From positions 1,312,001 through 1,376,000 of the forward strand of contig OZ240248.1 of NCBI GenBank assembly GCA_965198235.1: 64,000 nucleotides of DNA, written 5' to 3'. The DNA comes from Candidatus Poribacteria bacterium. GTDB lineage: Bacteria > Poribacteria > WGA-4E > WGA-3G. The position numbers and the translations under genes are program-made. The notes beneath the pieces were generated by a model that saw only the letters and a program-made list of their open reading frames with translations, did no database searches and was not told the origin of the DNA. The first letter of the stretch is position 1. Each line of letters begins with the position of its first letter. Of the stretch, positions 20,027 to 30,771 are shown piece after piece.

Positions 20027-22615
20027 CTAATGGATAATCTTTACCTTAACAATAGGACTATCCTGTTCAAACGGTTTATTGTTAATCATCACATCGCCTC
20101 GGAATTTAAACTCATACGTCTCCGGCGTTAAAGAGCTGAGTGCCTTTAGTGGAACTTTGGCTTCAGTCTCATTCGCCGGGATGGTAACCGCTTCCGTAGT
20201 GAAGCCTTCTGGGACATCAATCGGTGTCAGTGGGACTTCACCTGTAAAGCCTCCCTGCCGGACTATCGTTAACGTTAATATCGCTTCCTTTGTTTGCGGA
20301 TCTTCGTTTTTTGCTGTTTCGGTATCTGCTATTGGGTTTGCCGCAATTGCCACGATCCCGACTTCAGACCCTGCCGTTGCGTCGCTTTTTGCGGATGCAG
20401 GGAAGACAATGCTAAAGCGCAAAGGCTCAACCGTTACAATAAAGGGTGCCTCGGCGATAGTCAAAGGGATAGCAGGGGTCGATTGTTTCACCGACTCGCC
20501 ATTGACAGTCGCCGTTCCGGTAACTGAAATATAACTTGTACCGGGTGTCGGCAGAACGGAAAATTCCTCTCTCCGTTCAAAAGTCCCAGCTTTAACCAAA
20601 ACCATCGCTTCTGTTTCGCCTTCTGCAATAGTGACAGGTTTTGCGGAAACAGGATCAGGAAGTGCCGAAACGCGATTTGGAAGTCCTGATACCGATAATT
20701 CGATCGGACCGACGAAGTCATCGCGGCGGTTCGCTGTTATGTGGAGGTCAACCGTCTTGTTGTGCACAGCACTTAAACCGATCTCTGCGAGCGTCAGTGT
20801 GAATTCCGGTGCTTCCATCACGGTAAGCAGGATCGGAGAAGGAGTGGCAACGCGCTCTATCTGGCGACCACCAACCGAGCAAACCCCAACGATAGAGAGT
20901 GGCATGAGTCCGAGGGGTGCATCCCATGGAGTCGTTATCGTGAGCAGTGCCCGGTTTTGGGCTGCTCCAACAATAGTCGGACTCACATCAAATGTTTTCG
21001 GAAGCGCAGGGCAGTGCAGACGGATAGGACCCTTGAATTCGTCGAGACGAGTAACATCAACCTGCAATGTAACACTGCTGCCTCTACTGACGCGCGGATT
21101 ATCCATAGAGGACGGAAGTTTCCGAATGTCAAGGGCAACTACAACTATACTGAGTTGGCAGTCCGGTTCCAACGGACGGATGTTTAATCGGTACGGGTAG
21201 GTTTCACCGCCTTGGTTGTTCAGATCTCGAATGGCGACAGAGTACTTTCCAGCTTCTTCAAAATTCCAGTCAATACGGGCATCGGCACCGCTGACAGCAT
21301 CGTCGTTTACCATTAAGACCTGCTCTTTGTCGTCACTCCACGCCATGTCTTCCGCTGTGCCCATTGGTTTTCCTGGACCGTAGAGCGTGAGAAGGGCATC
21401 AAGTTTTGATGATAGTTTAAGTGTCTCTACCTCGAAAACAAGGAGCTGCGGTTCTTCAATCTCAAACGAAAACCAGTCAACATCACCGGATTTATCGATT
21501 TTCCCATTGAGCGTTATCGGTGTGGTTACAGCGTTCGCATTTCCAGTCGTGTTATTCGGTTCAATCTCCACCAGTTCCGCCCAATTTCCGATAGCGAAGG
21601 GATGTGGATTGGTAGCCAACCCAGAGGGAGTCTGGACCCGTAGAGATTGATCACCTGTCGGCGTTTCGGCACCTATTGAAACCTGTATAGACGCTACTGT
21701 CTCAAGGTTCGCGCCGGTGACAGTAATCGTATTCTCGGTGCCGCGTCGTCCACCAAGCGGAAAAATTGTCTCCAGATACGGTAGTTCGCCGATGCTCAAT
21801 CGATAACCATAGCCATCTCCGCCTTTGTAACGAATATCCCGAATGTGAAGCGTGTGCTTCCCAGTTTCAGGTACTGTGTAATCCAGAACGGAATCTAAGC
21901 CATCACCAAGTCCGCTGCTGGCGACCTCAGTCCCGTTAGCATCTCGGAGAACGAGGTAGGAATCCAGTAACGAGCCTATTCGCTGTGCTGCCACTTCACA
22001 GATAAGCCGGGCATCCTTTTTCAGTTGAAAGGTGAAACTATCTTCGTCATCGATTGAAGCGATTGTGCCGTTCACGGTAACCGGTAGCGCAAGCCAGTCG
22101 GTTTCCATTGTAGACGAGTTTTCCAACCCCGATTCCTCTGTCTCCTCCTCGATTATTTCTCGCAGGTTTCCAACCACGAAGCTACCTGCGTTGGAAACAC
22201 CATAAGGGGTGACGACGCGTATCTGTTGGACACCTAACGGTGCATCGGAGGCAATCGTCAGAGATGCAACCAACTGCGCGTCGGTGGCTATACTTCCAGA
22301 AACGCCAACACCGTTGAAAACGACGGCGGCTTGCCCCGTTTTTTCCTTAATTTCCGCGGTGATACCGCTCCCACTGAACCACACCGCTGTTGCTGTACCG
22401 AGATTGGTTCCTGTGAGTGTAACTTCTACGCTTCGTCCCTGTTGACCGCCTTGTGGGAAGGCAATCGTCAAGGCGGGTTGCACCTGCGCGTATGCAAAAC
22501 CAGTCGTTAGGAGAAAGATCGCTATGACGAGAAAGGACTGTTTTGTTAAAAAATGAGGGAGCGGCGAATTAATCCGTCTCCTCTGCTGAAATAACATGTT
22601 AGGCATTGCGATCAC
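20027..22615 (-). CDS. PPC (pre-peptidase C-terminal) domain protein of DUF1501/DUF1549 clusters
   Basis: FP.GGQ.G, RVVT..GVSN, P.TVNG.I, GSLLDS.L.L.D, E.EPNN, YRL.I. Confidence 0.8.
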   Translation of the reverse strand: MIAMPNMLFQQRRRINSPLPHFLTKQSFLVIAIFLLTTGFAYAQVQPALTIAFPQGGQQGRSVEVTLTGTNLGTATAVWFSGSGITAEIKEKTGQAAVVFNGVGVSGSIATDAQLVASLTIASDAPLGVQQIRVVTPYGVSNAGSFVVGNLREIIEEETEESGLENSSTMETDWLALPVTVNGTIASIDDEDSFTFQLKKDARLICEVAAQRIGSLLDSYLVLRDANGTEVASSGLGDGLDSVLDYTVPETGKHTLHIRDIRYKGGDGYGYRLSIGELPYLETIFPLGGRRGTENTITVTGANLETVASIQVSIGAETPTGDQSLRVQTPSGLATNPHPFAIGNWAELVEIEPNNTTGNANAVTTPITLNGKIDKSGDVDWFSFEIEEPQLLVFEVETLKLSSKLDALLTLYGPGKPMGTAEDMAWSDDKEQVLMVNDDAVSGADARIDWNFEEAGKYSVAIRDLNNQGGETYPYRLNIRPLEPDCQLSIVVVALDIRKLPSSMDNPRVSRGSSVTLQVDVTRLDEFKGPIRLHCPALPKTFDVSPTIVGAAQNRALLTITTPWDAPLGLMPLSIVGVCSVGGRQIERVATPSPILLTVMEAPEFTLTLAEIGLSAVHNKTVDLHITANRRDDFVGPIELSVSGLPNRVSALPDPVSAKPVTIAEGETEAMVLVKAGTFERREEFSVLPTPGTSYISVTGTATVNGESVKQSTPAIPLTIAEAPFIVTVEPLRFSIVFPASAKSDATAGSEVGIVAIAANPIADTETAKNEDPQTKEAILTLTIVRQGGFTGEVPLTPIDVPEGFTTEAVTIPANETEAKVPLKALSSLTPETYEFKFRGDVMINNKPFEQDSPIVKVKIIH

Positions 22616-22760
22616 CTTATTTTTGGGTAGTGAAAAACCTGCTCATAAGCAAACATTATCAATTCGATCCAGTAGGTCGAACTTCCTTTGCTTTTACTGA
22701 GCAGGCTTAACTAAAATCGGTGTTGATTACGCTATATCAGCGACACCGCTGCGAAACCGT

Positions 22761-24206
22761 TTAGAATATCCCGGCAATCGGTTCGCCTTTCACCAATTCG
22801 CGTGGCTGATCTAAATGGTTATAGACGATAGTATGCGGATCAATACCGAGTGTATGGTAGACCGTGGCGAGGATGTCGCGCGGATGCACCGGGTTCTCAA
22901 GCGGCGTTGAGCCTGTTGCATCGGACTTCCCATAGACCTGCCCACCTTTAACACCAGCACCTGCAATCAGACCTGTGTAACAATAGGGCCAGTGATCGCG
23001 TCCATCAGGCGCGTTGCTGTTACCGGAGGTACTAATACCCATCCGCGGCGAGCGTCCGAATTCACCGACCGTTAAGACGAGTGTGTCTTCCAACATACCG
23101 CGTTGATGCAAGTCTTCGAGCAGTGAGGAGACGGCACTGTCTAACTTCGGGCAGTGAAGGTTTTTCAACGGACCAAAGTTGGTCGCGTGCGTATCCCATG
23201 CCGTTGTGGTCGGATCACCGTTAGCAACAGAGGGCCAGTTCACCTGTACGAAACGGGTGCCTGCTTCCACCAAACGGCGAGCGAGGAGTGCGCTCTGTCC
23301 AAACGTGTGTCTACCGTAACGATCCCGGACCTCGTCCGGTTCTTGAGACAAATCGAAAGCATTGCGTGCCCGTTGCGACAAGATGAGATTATACGCTTTC
23401 TCATAATGCTCGTTCAAGGCGTAGGAGTCTGCTACCTTATCAATTTCGGGCATTCCTGCGTTAATCGTCTCAAGGAGCGTTTTCCGCCGTTTCAGACGCA
23501 TCGGCGGCACCTCTGGACGTAAACTCAAATCGTCGAGATTAATTTCTTCGTTCGGATCTTGGAAGAGGAAATACGGATCATACGCTCTGCCAAGAAAACC
23601 AGCGTTTCCACCCTTACCGATGATATTACTCTCCTGCATCGGGCGCGGGAGTTGCACTGCCGCGAGCATCGGTTCGTCTGGTGGACGGTAGTTTGCGATA
23701 TGCGATGCGGCATTCGGATGATCGGCTGGGGACGGCGGATCGAGCTGTCCCGAAGGCGCGACCTTGTCTGGGGTTTCACCAGTTACCATTTGATACATCG
23801 CAGCGGTATGGTTGAACAGTCCCGCCGGTGTGTAACTTACCGAACGGATAAGGCAAGCTTTATCCATCTGTTGTGCCAAACGCGGCATCGTCTCAGACAA
23901 CTGGATCCCCGGCACGTTGGTCGGAATCGGACTAAATTCACCGCGGATGTTTGAAGGTGCTTCCGGTTTCGGATCCCAGATGTCAAGGTGGCTCGGACCG
24001 CCCTGCAAGAAAAGAAGGATGACCGAATTGGCTTTCCCCCATCCGTTGAGCGGTTTCGCGGGGTCAACTGTCGTGTTCGCGTTGGCTTGGAGTGACAAGA
24101 CTTGTGGCAAACTAATGCCGAGCATCGCCGCACCACCGACACGTAGAAATTCACGACGTGAGAACCCGTCACATAAACGTCCGGGTAGTTGTGGTAACGA
24201 TAACAT
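22761..24206 (-). CDS. DUF1501 domain protein (Tat signal)
   Basis: SRREFLRVG, FLQGGPSHLDIWDPKP, ARRLVEAG.RFV, WDTH, GEFGRSP, GRDHW. Confidence 0.9.
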   Translation of the reverse strand: MLSLPQLPGRLCDGFSRREFLRVGGAAMLGISLPQVLSLQANANTTVDPAKPLNGWGKANSVILLFLQGGPSHLDIWDPKPEAPSNIRGEFSPIPTNVPGIQLSETMPRLAQQMDKACLIRSVSYTPAGLFNHTAAMYQMVTGETPDKVAPSGQLDPPSPADHPNAASHIANYRPPDEPMLAAVQLPRPMQESNIIGKGGNAGFLGRAYDPYFLFQDPNEEINLDDLSLRPEVPPMRLKRRKTLLETINAGMPEIDKVADSYALNEHYEKAYNLILSQRARNAFDLSQEPDEVRDRYGRHTFGQSALLARRLVEAGTRFVQVNWPSVANGDPTTTAWDTHATNFGPLKNLHCPKLDSAVSSLLEDLHQRGMLEDTLVLTVGEFGRSPRMGISTSGNSNAPDGRDHWPYCYTGLIAGAGVKGGQVYGKSDATGSTPLENPVHPRDILATVYHTLGIDPHTIVYNHLDQPRELVKGEPIAGIF

Positions 24207-24224
24207 CTATTGTTTCCTCCATCT

Positions 24225-24438
24225 TTTAAATTGTTAACACTTGGGCACCGCTCCATTACATTACGCGGTGGTTTCTGGTTAAGTATAAAAGGGTTTCAGT
24301 GAACCCGCTCTGTGCACCGCGGGCGAGGTTTAAAACCTCGCCCACAGAATCGTATAAATTCATAGAAACCTTGAGATTTCGCCAAGAACCCGCTCGTAAT
24401 GAAATGGAGAGCGGCCCAGAGGCCCATAGTTAAAAAAT
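24225..24438. repeat. Intergenic repeat with nested GGGCGAGGTTTAAAACCTCGCCC palindrome
   Basis: GCTCCATTACATTACG / CGTAATGAAATGGAG inverted arms; CCATAGTTAAAAAA end. Confidence 0.6.
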
Positions 24439-26912
24439 TAGCGATTGAATAAGAAGGCGGGACTGTTAATGAGTGCCCACAACAAGTCTTGCGCACCCTC
24501 TTCCTTAGATTCAGCACTCGCAAGATGGTCAATCGCTACTGCGTATTCGTTCTTCTCCGGTAACCGAGAAAGCGTTGCGAGATATAGTTCCTCAACGAGA
24601 ACCCGGTCATCATGATTCGTTTTGATGAGTTGTGCAATACGTCCTTCTGGATCGATGAGTGCCTCTGCAACCGTCGGTCCATTAATAAGATTCATTGCGT
24701 GTGCGAGGCTGACCTCGGTGGTACGTTCACATTCACACGAACTTTCGCGCTCAGGTCTGCCAAACAACTTCAAGAATCCGTCATCTTTGACTTTGCTGTC
24801 TGGCAATTGCACTGCTCGGAATTTTTTCGGCATCTCTTCAAACCGCGGGCGGCTTCCTGTCGCGATGCCGATGGCATCTAACAACTGTTCTGCCGTCAAG
24901 CGTCTGGCAGCTGCATGCGAAAAATTAATCGTATCAGCCTTGTTCCACTTGTTTGTTTTGATGCTCTGTTGATAGGTTCGAGAACGGGTGATTGTCTTCA
25001 TGATATGTTTCATGTCAAATCCGCTCTCCACGAAATCCTTTGTCAACGCATCAAGCAATTCCGGGTTAATGGGTGGATTACTGGTGCGGATGTCATCTAC
25101 AGGTTCGATAATCCCACGTCCCATGAAGTAACTCCAGAGGCGGTTCACACCTGCCCGAGCAAACATCGGATTCTCTTCAGAGGTGAGCCACTCTGCGAGC
25201 ATTTCGCGTTTGTCGTCGGTGTCCGCTGCAACTTCTCCGAACGGTACTGAGGGTTCAACCACGGCTAACGTCCGGGGGTGTTTCACAGGCTCAGTGGTAT
25301 AATTGGCATAGACGACCTCATCGCCGGGGAGTTGTCCCGGCTTGACCCTGACATCCGCGAAGAACGCACCGAGTTCATAATACTGATTTTGCGTCCATTT
25401 TTCAAACGGATGGTCATGACATTTATTGCACGAGAACCGGACACCTAAGAAGAGTTGTGTCGTATTTTCCACGGCAGCCGTGTATTCACGGGAGACACGG
25501 AAATAGTTCGCCGCCGGATTCGTGTAGGTGCTACCGGTTGCGGTAATCAGATCTCGCACAAACTCGTCATACGGACGATTCTGGGCGATGGCTTGATAGA
25601 TCCACTGCTGGAAAAGCCAGATCCCGCGTTCACCGAGGAATTTACGGTTGGACTGTAAAAGATCGCCCCATTTATGTGTCCAGTGATCGACGAACTCCGA
25701 TGTCTCGGCGAGGGCATCAATGAGGTTCTCCCGTTTGGTTTTAGAGGCTGTGGTATCGGTCAAGAAACTCCGCACCTGTTTCGGAGTCGGGGGAATACCT
25801 GTTAAATCGAAATAGATACGCCGTACAAACTCTTCATCCGTGCAGAGATCTGAAGGTAGGATTTTCATCCGCTTCAGTTTATTGTGAACGTGCGTGTCAA
25901 TGTAGTTGTATTCGTGGGTGTCAACCCACTTGTAACCACTCCTGTTGCCCATAACGATGATGCCGTTCGTGCTATAGGCACCTTCATATCGAGTAAGAAT
26001 AGCAGTTTCGCCGCGGCGTTCTGCGGTTACCACACCTTCGTCTGTGATCTTTGCCACCTCATTGAGGCTACTTGTGAACTTTGCTTCACGGGTGACATCC
26101 CGCGTTGTGCCGTCGGGATAGTGTGCGATCACTATAAGTTGTTGCTTCATACCCGCCATTGCGAGCTCAGCAGTATTTGGTATGACTTCCAACCTTTCGA
26201 CGCGTTTTGTGGTTTCAACATCAGGAATAGCCCCTTCCGCTATCCATTGACGGATAATCTCATAATCCCGATCCCCTGGGACAACTACCTGTCCGCCTTT
26301 GTGCGGTACCTCCGATGTTGTTTTTAGCAACATCAGGCTTTGTTCGGGAAATGCCCGGTTAAACCGCCGTGCGGATATGTCCTCAATTAAGAGTTCATAG
26401 TCGAAATCGGGGTCGTAGCCACGGAGCGAGAGTTTGAACCCATTTTTGCCTTTTGCTGCCCCGTGACATGTGCCATTATTACACCCAGCGTGGGTCAAAA
26501 GGGGCATGACATCTCGCACGAAACTGATAGGGGGCGTATCCATGCTTTTAACGGTCACGGACAATTCAGTGCTGACACCTTTGACAGTCACCGTAATTTT
26601 TGTTCTGCCCACCGCCATCGGGAAGATATAACCATCTTCATACACCTTCACCCCTGCGGTGGTGGGTGTCAATGTCGCCCATGGTGTTACATCTACCCAT
26701 GTGCCACTTTTCGTCTTTCCTGACACAAGCACCCGTCTACCGTCACGCGCATGCTCCAATGTCAGTGACTCGGGATAAACTTTCAACGCTTGCACCGTTG
26801 GAACTTCTACACTCGCAGGCTGTTCCATCTCGCTCGACGCTGTCAGTTGGAACGCGAGACAGATAGAGAATGCAACAAGGAATGTTGTTACAAAGTTAGA
26901 CCTGGGTTTCAT
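24438..26912 (-). CDS. DUF1549/DUF1553 (PSCyt2/PSD1) protein with Ig-like domains
   Basis: SF..DV.P.L...GCN.G.CHG..KGK.GF.LSL.G.DP, F.RR.Y.DL.G.PP, C.KCHDHPFE, VNRLW..FMGRGI.EPVDD, FGRP.R...CECER. Confidence 0.9.
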   Translation of the reverse strand: MKPRSNFVTTFLVAFSICLAFQLTASSEMEQPASVEVPTVQALKVYPESLTLEHARDGRRVLVSGKTKSGTWVDVTPWATLTPTTAGVKVYEDGYIFPMAVGRTKITVTVKGVSTELSVTVKSMDTPPISFVRDVMPLLTHAGCNNGTCHGAAKGKNGFKLSLRGYDPDFDYELLIEDISARRFNRAFPEQSLMLLKTTSEVPHKGGQVVVPGDRDYEIIRQWIAEGAIPDVETTKRVERLEVIPNTAELAMAGMKQQLIVIAHYPDGTTRDVTREAKFTSSLNEVAKITDEGVVTAERRGETAILTRYEGAYSTNGIIVMGNRSGYKWVDTHEYNYIDTHVHNKLKRMKILPSDLCTDEEFVRRIYFDLTGIPPTPKQVRSFLTDTTASKTKRENLIDALAETSEFVDHWTHKWGDLLQSNRKFLGERGIWLFQQWIYQAIAQNRPYDEFVRDLITATGSTYTNPAANYFRVSREYTAAVENTTQLFLGVRFSCNKCHDHPFEKWTQNQYYELGAFFADVRVKPGQLPGDEVVYANYTTEPVKHPRTLAVVEPSVPFGEVAADTDDKREMLAEWLTSEENPMFARAGVNRLWSYFMGRGIIEPVDDIRTSNPPINPELLDALTKDFVESGFDMKHIMKTITRSRTYQQSIKTNKWNKADTINFSHAAARRLTAEQLLDAIGIATGSRPRFEEMPKKFRAVQLPDSKVKDDGFLKLFGRPERESSCECERTTEVSLAHAMNLINGPTVAEALIDPEGRIAQLIKTNHDDRVLVEELYLATLSRLPEKNEYAVAIDHLASAESKEEGAQDLLWALINSPAFLFNR

Positions 26913-27342
26913 CAAAAAACTCGGCGTGGGACCCCCGGCTGTGATCGACGAAGGAAACGCCGTCCTCCTTAAATCTGATTTTTTACGATTGAGTTTTTGC
27001 TCTGTTTTTCTCCGTGTTGATCATCAACTCGTGCCTTTATAAAATGTGGAAGACGAGTTGACGGTCAAGAAAACGGATTCCTGCCTAATTGGTAGCGAAG
27101 TATTTCTGCGTATTTCCCTAAGAAAACCTCACTGGTGGTTAAATTATGCGATTTTAGACGGTTGACCTGTAAGTCACGTCAAGATAGCATAATTGGATAA
27201 TGGACCCTTAATCGTCGTTAATTTGCCTCAATCTATCATCTGTCTTCGTTCTATGTTTCAAACTAAAATTTCTTATTATTGCTATTCTTGCAGTAGATTT
27301 ACGATTTTTTATCGCCTTAGGTTCGCTGACGAACATCTCGCG

Positions 27343-28197
27343 CTATTTCTGATTTTTCAGTCGTCCCCACACGATTGGCAGCTTACCGCCAGCGGAAACC
27401 TCCGCGAATTCCGATTCACTTGCTAACCAGTTGATAACGTTTTCTGTGAGTTTCTCTATTTGATCAATATCCTCGTTGTTCTTATGATAATTTGGGAGCC
27501 GCCAGTTCATATTGAATACTTTACCGTCCCCAGCTTCCCAATAACCGAACGCTGCAATCCTGTCCGTGTAATTGGTGCCCCGCTCCCAAGCATGCGCAAG
27601 CGTCGTAAAATTCTTCCAAATTTTGTCGTAATAGTCACCACTTTTCGGATATCCAGTTGAATTGACCTGAATCCAATCCTCGACTTTCGGTGTCTTCCCA
27701 TCAACGTTCTTGAGTCCATCTATCAACCCGAGTGCCAGTGTCTCTTTGAGGACGATAATACCGACATTGCTTCCATCGTTTTCAACGGGTCCAAATGCCC
27801 GTGCTTGCGCATCTTCTAATCCCATCGATGTTGCATAACGAATCGCCCAACCTGTTAAGAGGACCGCGCCGCCGCTTTCAGCGTAGTCTAAAAACGCATC
27901 AATTTCTGCCTTGGACAGTGCCCCCGGATCAGTATCACCTTCATGCCACCAGATAACACCGAACTCCTTGAATGTGTCGCTCTTCAAATCCGCTTTCGCG
28001 AGTTGCTTCGTTTTGAACGTCTTTTCAGCAAACTCCAATGCGGGTGAAGTGAAGTCACCTTTATCACCGAGGTAAATAAACCCAACTTCCACTGCAGTAT
28101 TACCAATACTTATACCAAAATAGAGAAGAAATGTCAAACAAAATACGATTTGGCAAAATGTGTAAGCCGAATCTTGCCATTTAAAAGTCCGTTTCAT
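27343..28197 (-). CDS. Secreted hypothetical protein with C-terminal GKxxxxWGxLK motif
   Basis: Signal peptide; AAGGAG RBS; ends VSAGGKLPIVWGRLKNQK. Confidence 0.7.
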   Translation of the reverse strand: MKRTFKWQDSAYTFCQIVFCLTFLLYFGISIGNTAVEVGFIYLGDKGDFTSPALEFAEKTFKTKQLAKADLKSDTFKEFGVIWWHEGDTDPGALSKAEIDAFLDYAESGGAVLLTGWAIRYATSMGLEDAQARAFGPVENDGSNVGIIVLKETLALGLIDGLKNVDGKTPKVEDWIQVNSTGYPKSGDYYDKIWKNFTTLAHAWERGTNYTDRIAAFGYWEAGDGKVFNMNWRLPNYHKNNEDIDQIEKLTENVINWLASESEFAEVSAGGKLPIVWGRLKNQK

Positions 28198-28314
28198 GAT
28201 TGCTCCTTGTATGTTTACACAAAGTGGCGCGCAAATGCTTACACCTACTGATAGCATCCTCCAAAAATGGCGTTGATGCTCGTATCAGGCTTTTCTTTCC
28301 TCTGGTTCTCCATA

Positions 28315-28343
28315 ATAGTATCATGCAATAATGTTTTTGTCAA
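28315..28343 (-). promoter_or_regulatory. sigma70 promoter
   Basis: TTGACA-17bp-TACTAT. Confidence 0.6.
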
Positions 28344-28375
28344 GGTCTTTGGCGTAGAATTCGCGGATATTGTCC

Positions 28376-29167
28376 CTATAAAGACAAGTCTGAGTCGTTA
28401 TAGCACTCACGAAGTCGTTCGTTGCCCATTTTCACGAAACTCGGTTCAATCTCAAATCCGATAAAATCCCGCTGATGCCGCTTACACACCACAGGACAAG
28501 TACCGACTCCAGCAAAGGGATCCAAAACCAAATCCCCCGGTGATGAACTCGCTAACACAATCCGCTCAATGAGTCTCTCCGGTTTCTGGATGGTATTAAG
28601 TGTCTTTCTACTCACTAACTCCTTGGATTTATAGGTTAATTGCTTTATATCGCCCCAGACATCGCCGGGATTCTTTCCTTTCGGATTATATTTTGTTTTC
28701 CCGAACTTACCGTTTGTTACCGATGGCACATTTTCACACCGACTCCGATGCTCTAGCTCGACAAGTTGCGCGACTCTGATCGCATCAAGGTTGTAGCACC
28801 GCGGCTTTTTGCCCTTGATGAAATAACAGATAATATCGTAGTTATTGGTGTAACTGATTCGTCCCTGTGCAAGCCGACTTGGCTGATACCATACGATCTT
28901 TGAACGAAGATTTAAGTATTCTCGATAGTCTATGAAGTCAATACAATCCGATTTACCAAACAGATAGAGCGCGCCTCCGTCCTTCAATTTCGACGCGAAA
29001 TCTTTGATAAGCGCGAGATTGAATTCCTGAATTGAGGGTATTTTATCCCACGGCTCCTCTGTTATGCCATACGGTCCATCACACACAATCAGGTCCACTG
29101 AAGCGTCTTTTACCTCTTTCAGTAGGGTGAAGGTATCGCCGCAATAGATCGTGTTGCGCTCAAGCAT
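28376..29167 (-). CDS. Site-specific DNA methyltransferase (N4-C/N6-A, beta class), orphan
   Basis: VDLIVCDGPYG (DPPY variant), GDVW, QKPE.L.ERI, VLDPFAGVGT (FxGxG). Confidence 0.88.
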   Translation of the reverse strand: MLERNTIYCGDTFTLLKEVKDASVDLIVCDGPYGITEEPWDKIPSIQEFNLALIKDFASKLKDGGALYLFGKSDCIDFIDYREYLNLRSKIVWYQPSRLAQGRISYTNNYDIICYFIKGKKPRCYNLDAIRVAQLVELEHRSRCENVPSVTNGKFGKTKYNPKGKNPGDVWGDIKQLTYKSKELVSRKTLNTIQKPERLIERIVLASSSPGDLVLDPFAGVGTCPVVCKRHQRDFIGFEIEPSFVKMGNERLRECYNDSDLSL

Positions 29168-29299
29168 AATTTCGTTATCTCAGTTCCACCGGCAGGTTTA
29201 ATCTTTGTTAGCGTGGTGTATTGCTTTTCCAGCGACTATCCCCAACCCTGTAAGAAACACTACAAGTGTCAAAATTGCGACCCATTCCATCACAATTCC

Positions 29300-30748
29300 T
29301 CACATCGGTCCCACGCGCCGGGGTCCTCTGTCCATGGCAGACATGGATGCATCAAAACTCTGTTTTAAAAGTTCAAATTTGATGTCCTGTTTCGCATCGA
29401 CATGCCAGAGATTCTCAAACTCGTCCGGGTCATTGATGAGGTCGTAGAGTTCACCCTCTTCGTGTCCGTGATAAACTACTAATTTGTAACGTTCATTTCG
29501 GTACATTGTTGCGAAAGTGTGATCCGGCAGATCCACAGCGTCGTAGTACTCACATCGGACGAAATCACGGTGATGGTTCGGATCCGCTTCACCTCGGAGA
29601 ATAGGCAGGAGTGATGTGCCGTGCATCTCCTCGGGGACTGTTAAGCCTGCCAATTCCAAGAGTGTCGGTGCTTTGTCAACGAGTTCAACAAGTGCGTCAC
29701 TCTTAAGTCCGTTCGCAAACTGTCCTTGCCATGAGAAAATCAGTGGCACCCGGACCAAGCCTTCGTAAAACCTACAACCCTTTTGGATGAGCCCGTGGTC
29801 GCCGAGTGTTTCTCCATGGTCACTCGTGAAAATGATGACAGTGTTTTCCCGTTGTCCTGTTTCGTCAAGCGTTTCAAGGATCCTACCCAACTGCTCGTCA
29901 ATCAGTTGGATCATCGCGTAATAGGCAGCTATGAGTGTTTTAGCATCTCTCGCCCCGACTGCCTCTGTTTCTTGACGCGGTGTCTGCGGTAAAATTGGAC
30001 TCCGAATATCCAGTTCATCAGGTGTACGTACTTTGGATTGAAAATCAACCGCTTGGAGCCGGGTCTGCTGTTCCAGATCGCTGTTTCGGAAAAGCGGCTC
30101 TGGCATTTCCGCCGGATTGTATTGGTCTCGGTGTGTCTGTGGTGGATTGAACGGCGGATGCGGGTCGTAAATATTGACACTCGCAAGCCAAGGGCAATCC
30201 CGGTCTTCGCGAATAAACTCAATCGTCTTTTCCGCACACCATGTCGTCTGATGCAACTCCGCTGGCACACCTTCCGGATTCTGGTTCAACTCGCCTAAAA
30301 CGTATCCCTTCGTGCCGACCCAATCAGCATAGTCGTGTCCCTGTTCCCAGTCATCGCGTGGCGCATGGCTGTATTGCCAATAACGGTAACCGTCGTTTAC
30401 ACGTGGCTCCACCCGGCCGTAAGCACTCGCAAGATGAAGTTTGCCAATCAGTCCGCAATCATAACCGATGTCCGCAAGGGTGCGCGTTACAAGCGGATAC
30501 GCATCTGGAAAAAAGTCGTTTCCGTTACGAATCGCGTGTGTTGCGCTTGGGTACATACCTGTGAGAAAGCTGGCTCGGCTCGGCGTGCAGATAGGGCTTT
30601 GACAATAGGCGTATGTAAACGAGACCCCTTCCGCCACTAAATTATCAATGTTCGGTGTTGACACGGACGGGTTACCTAATGCGCCAATTGTGTCGTAACG
30701 CTGCTGATCCGTGCAAACCCAGAGGATATTTGGAGTCTTAGCAGCCAT
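29300..30748 (-). CDS. Sulfatase (Cys-type)
   Basis: PNILWVCTDQQR, CTPSRASFLTG, GKLHL, PHPPF, SDHGE.LGDHG...KG. Confidence 0.92.
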   Translation of the reverse strand: MAAKTPNILWVCTDQQRYDTIGALGNPSVSTPNIDNLVAEGVSFTYAYCQSPICTPSRASFLTGMYPSATHAIRNGNDFFPDAYPLVTRTLADIGYDCGLIGKLHLASAYGRVEPRVNDGYRYWQYSHAPRDDWEQGHDYADWVGTKGYVLGELNQNPEGVPAELHQTTWCAEKTIEFIREDRDCPWLASVNIYDPHPPFNPPQTHRDQYNPAEMPEPLFRNSDLEQQTRLQAVDFQSKVRTPDELDIRSPILPQTPRQETEAVGARDAKTLIAAYYAMIQLIDEQLGRILETLDETGQRENTVIIFTSDHGETLGDHGLIQKGCRFYEGLVRVPLIFSWQGQFANGLKSDALVELVDKAPTLLELAGLTVPEEMHGTSLLPILRGEADPNHHRDFVRCEYYDAVDLPDHTFATMYRNERYKLVVYHGHEEGELYDLINDPDEFENLWHVDAKQDIKFELLKQSFDASMSAMDRGPRRVGPM

Positions 30749-30771
30749 ATCAACCTTTACATGTCTACCGA

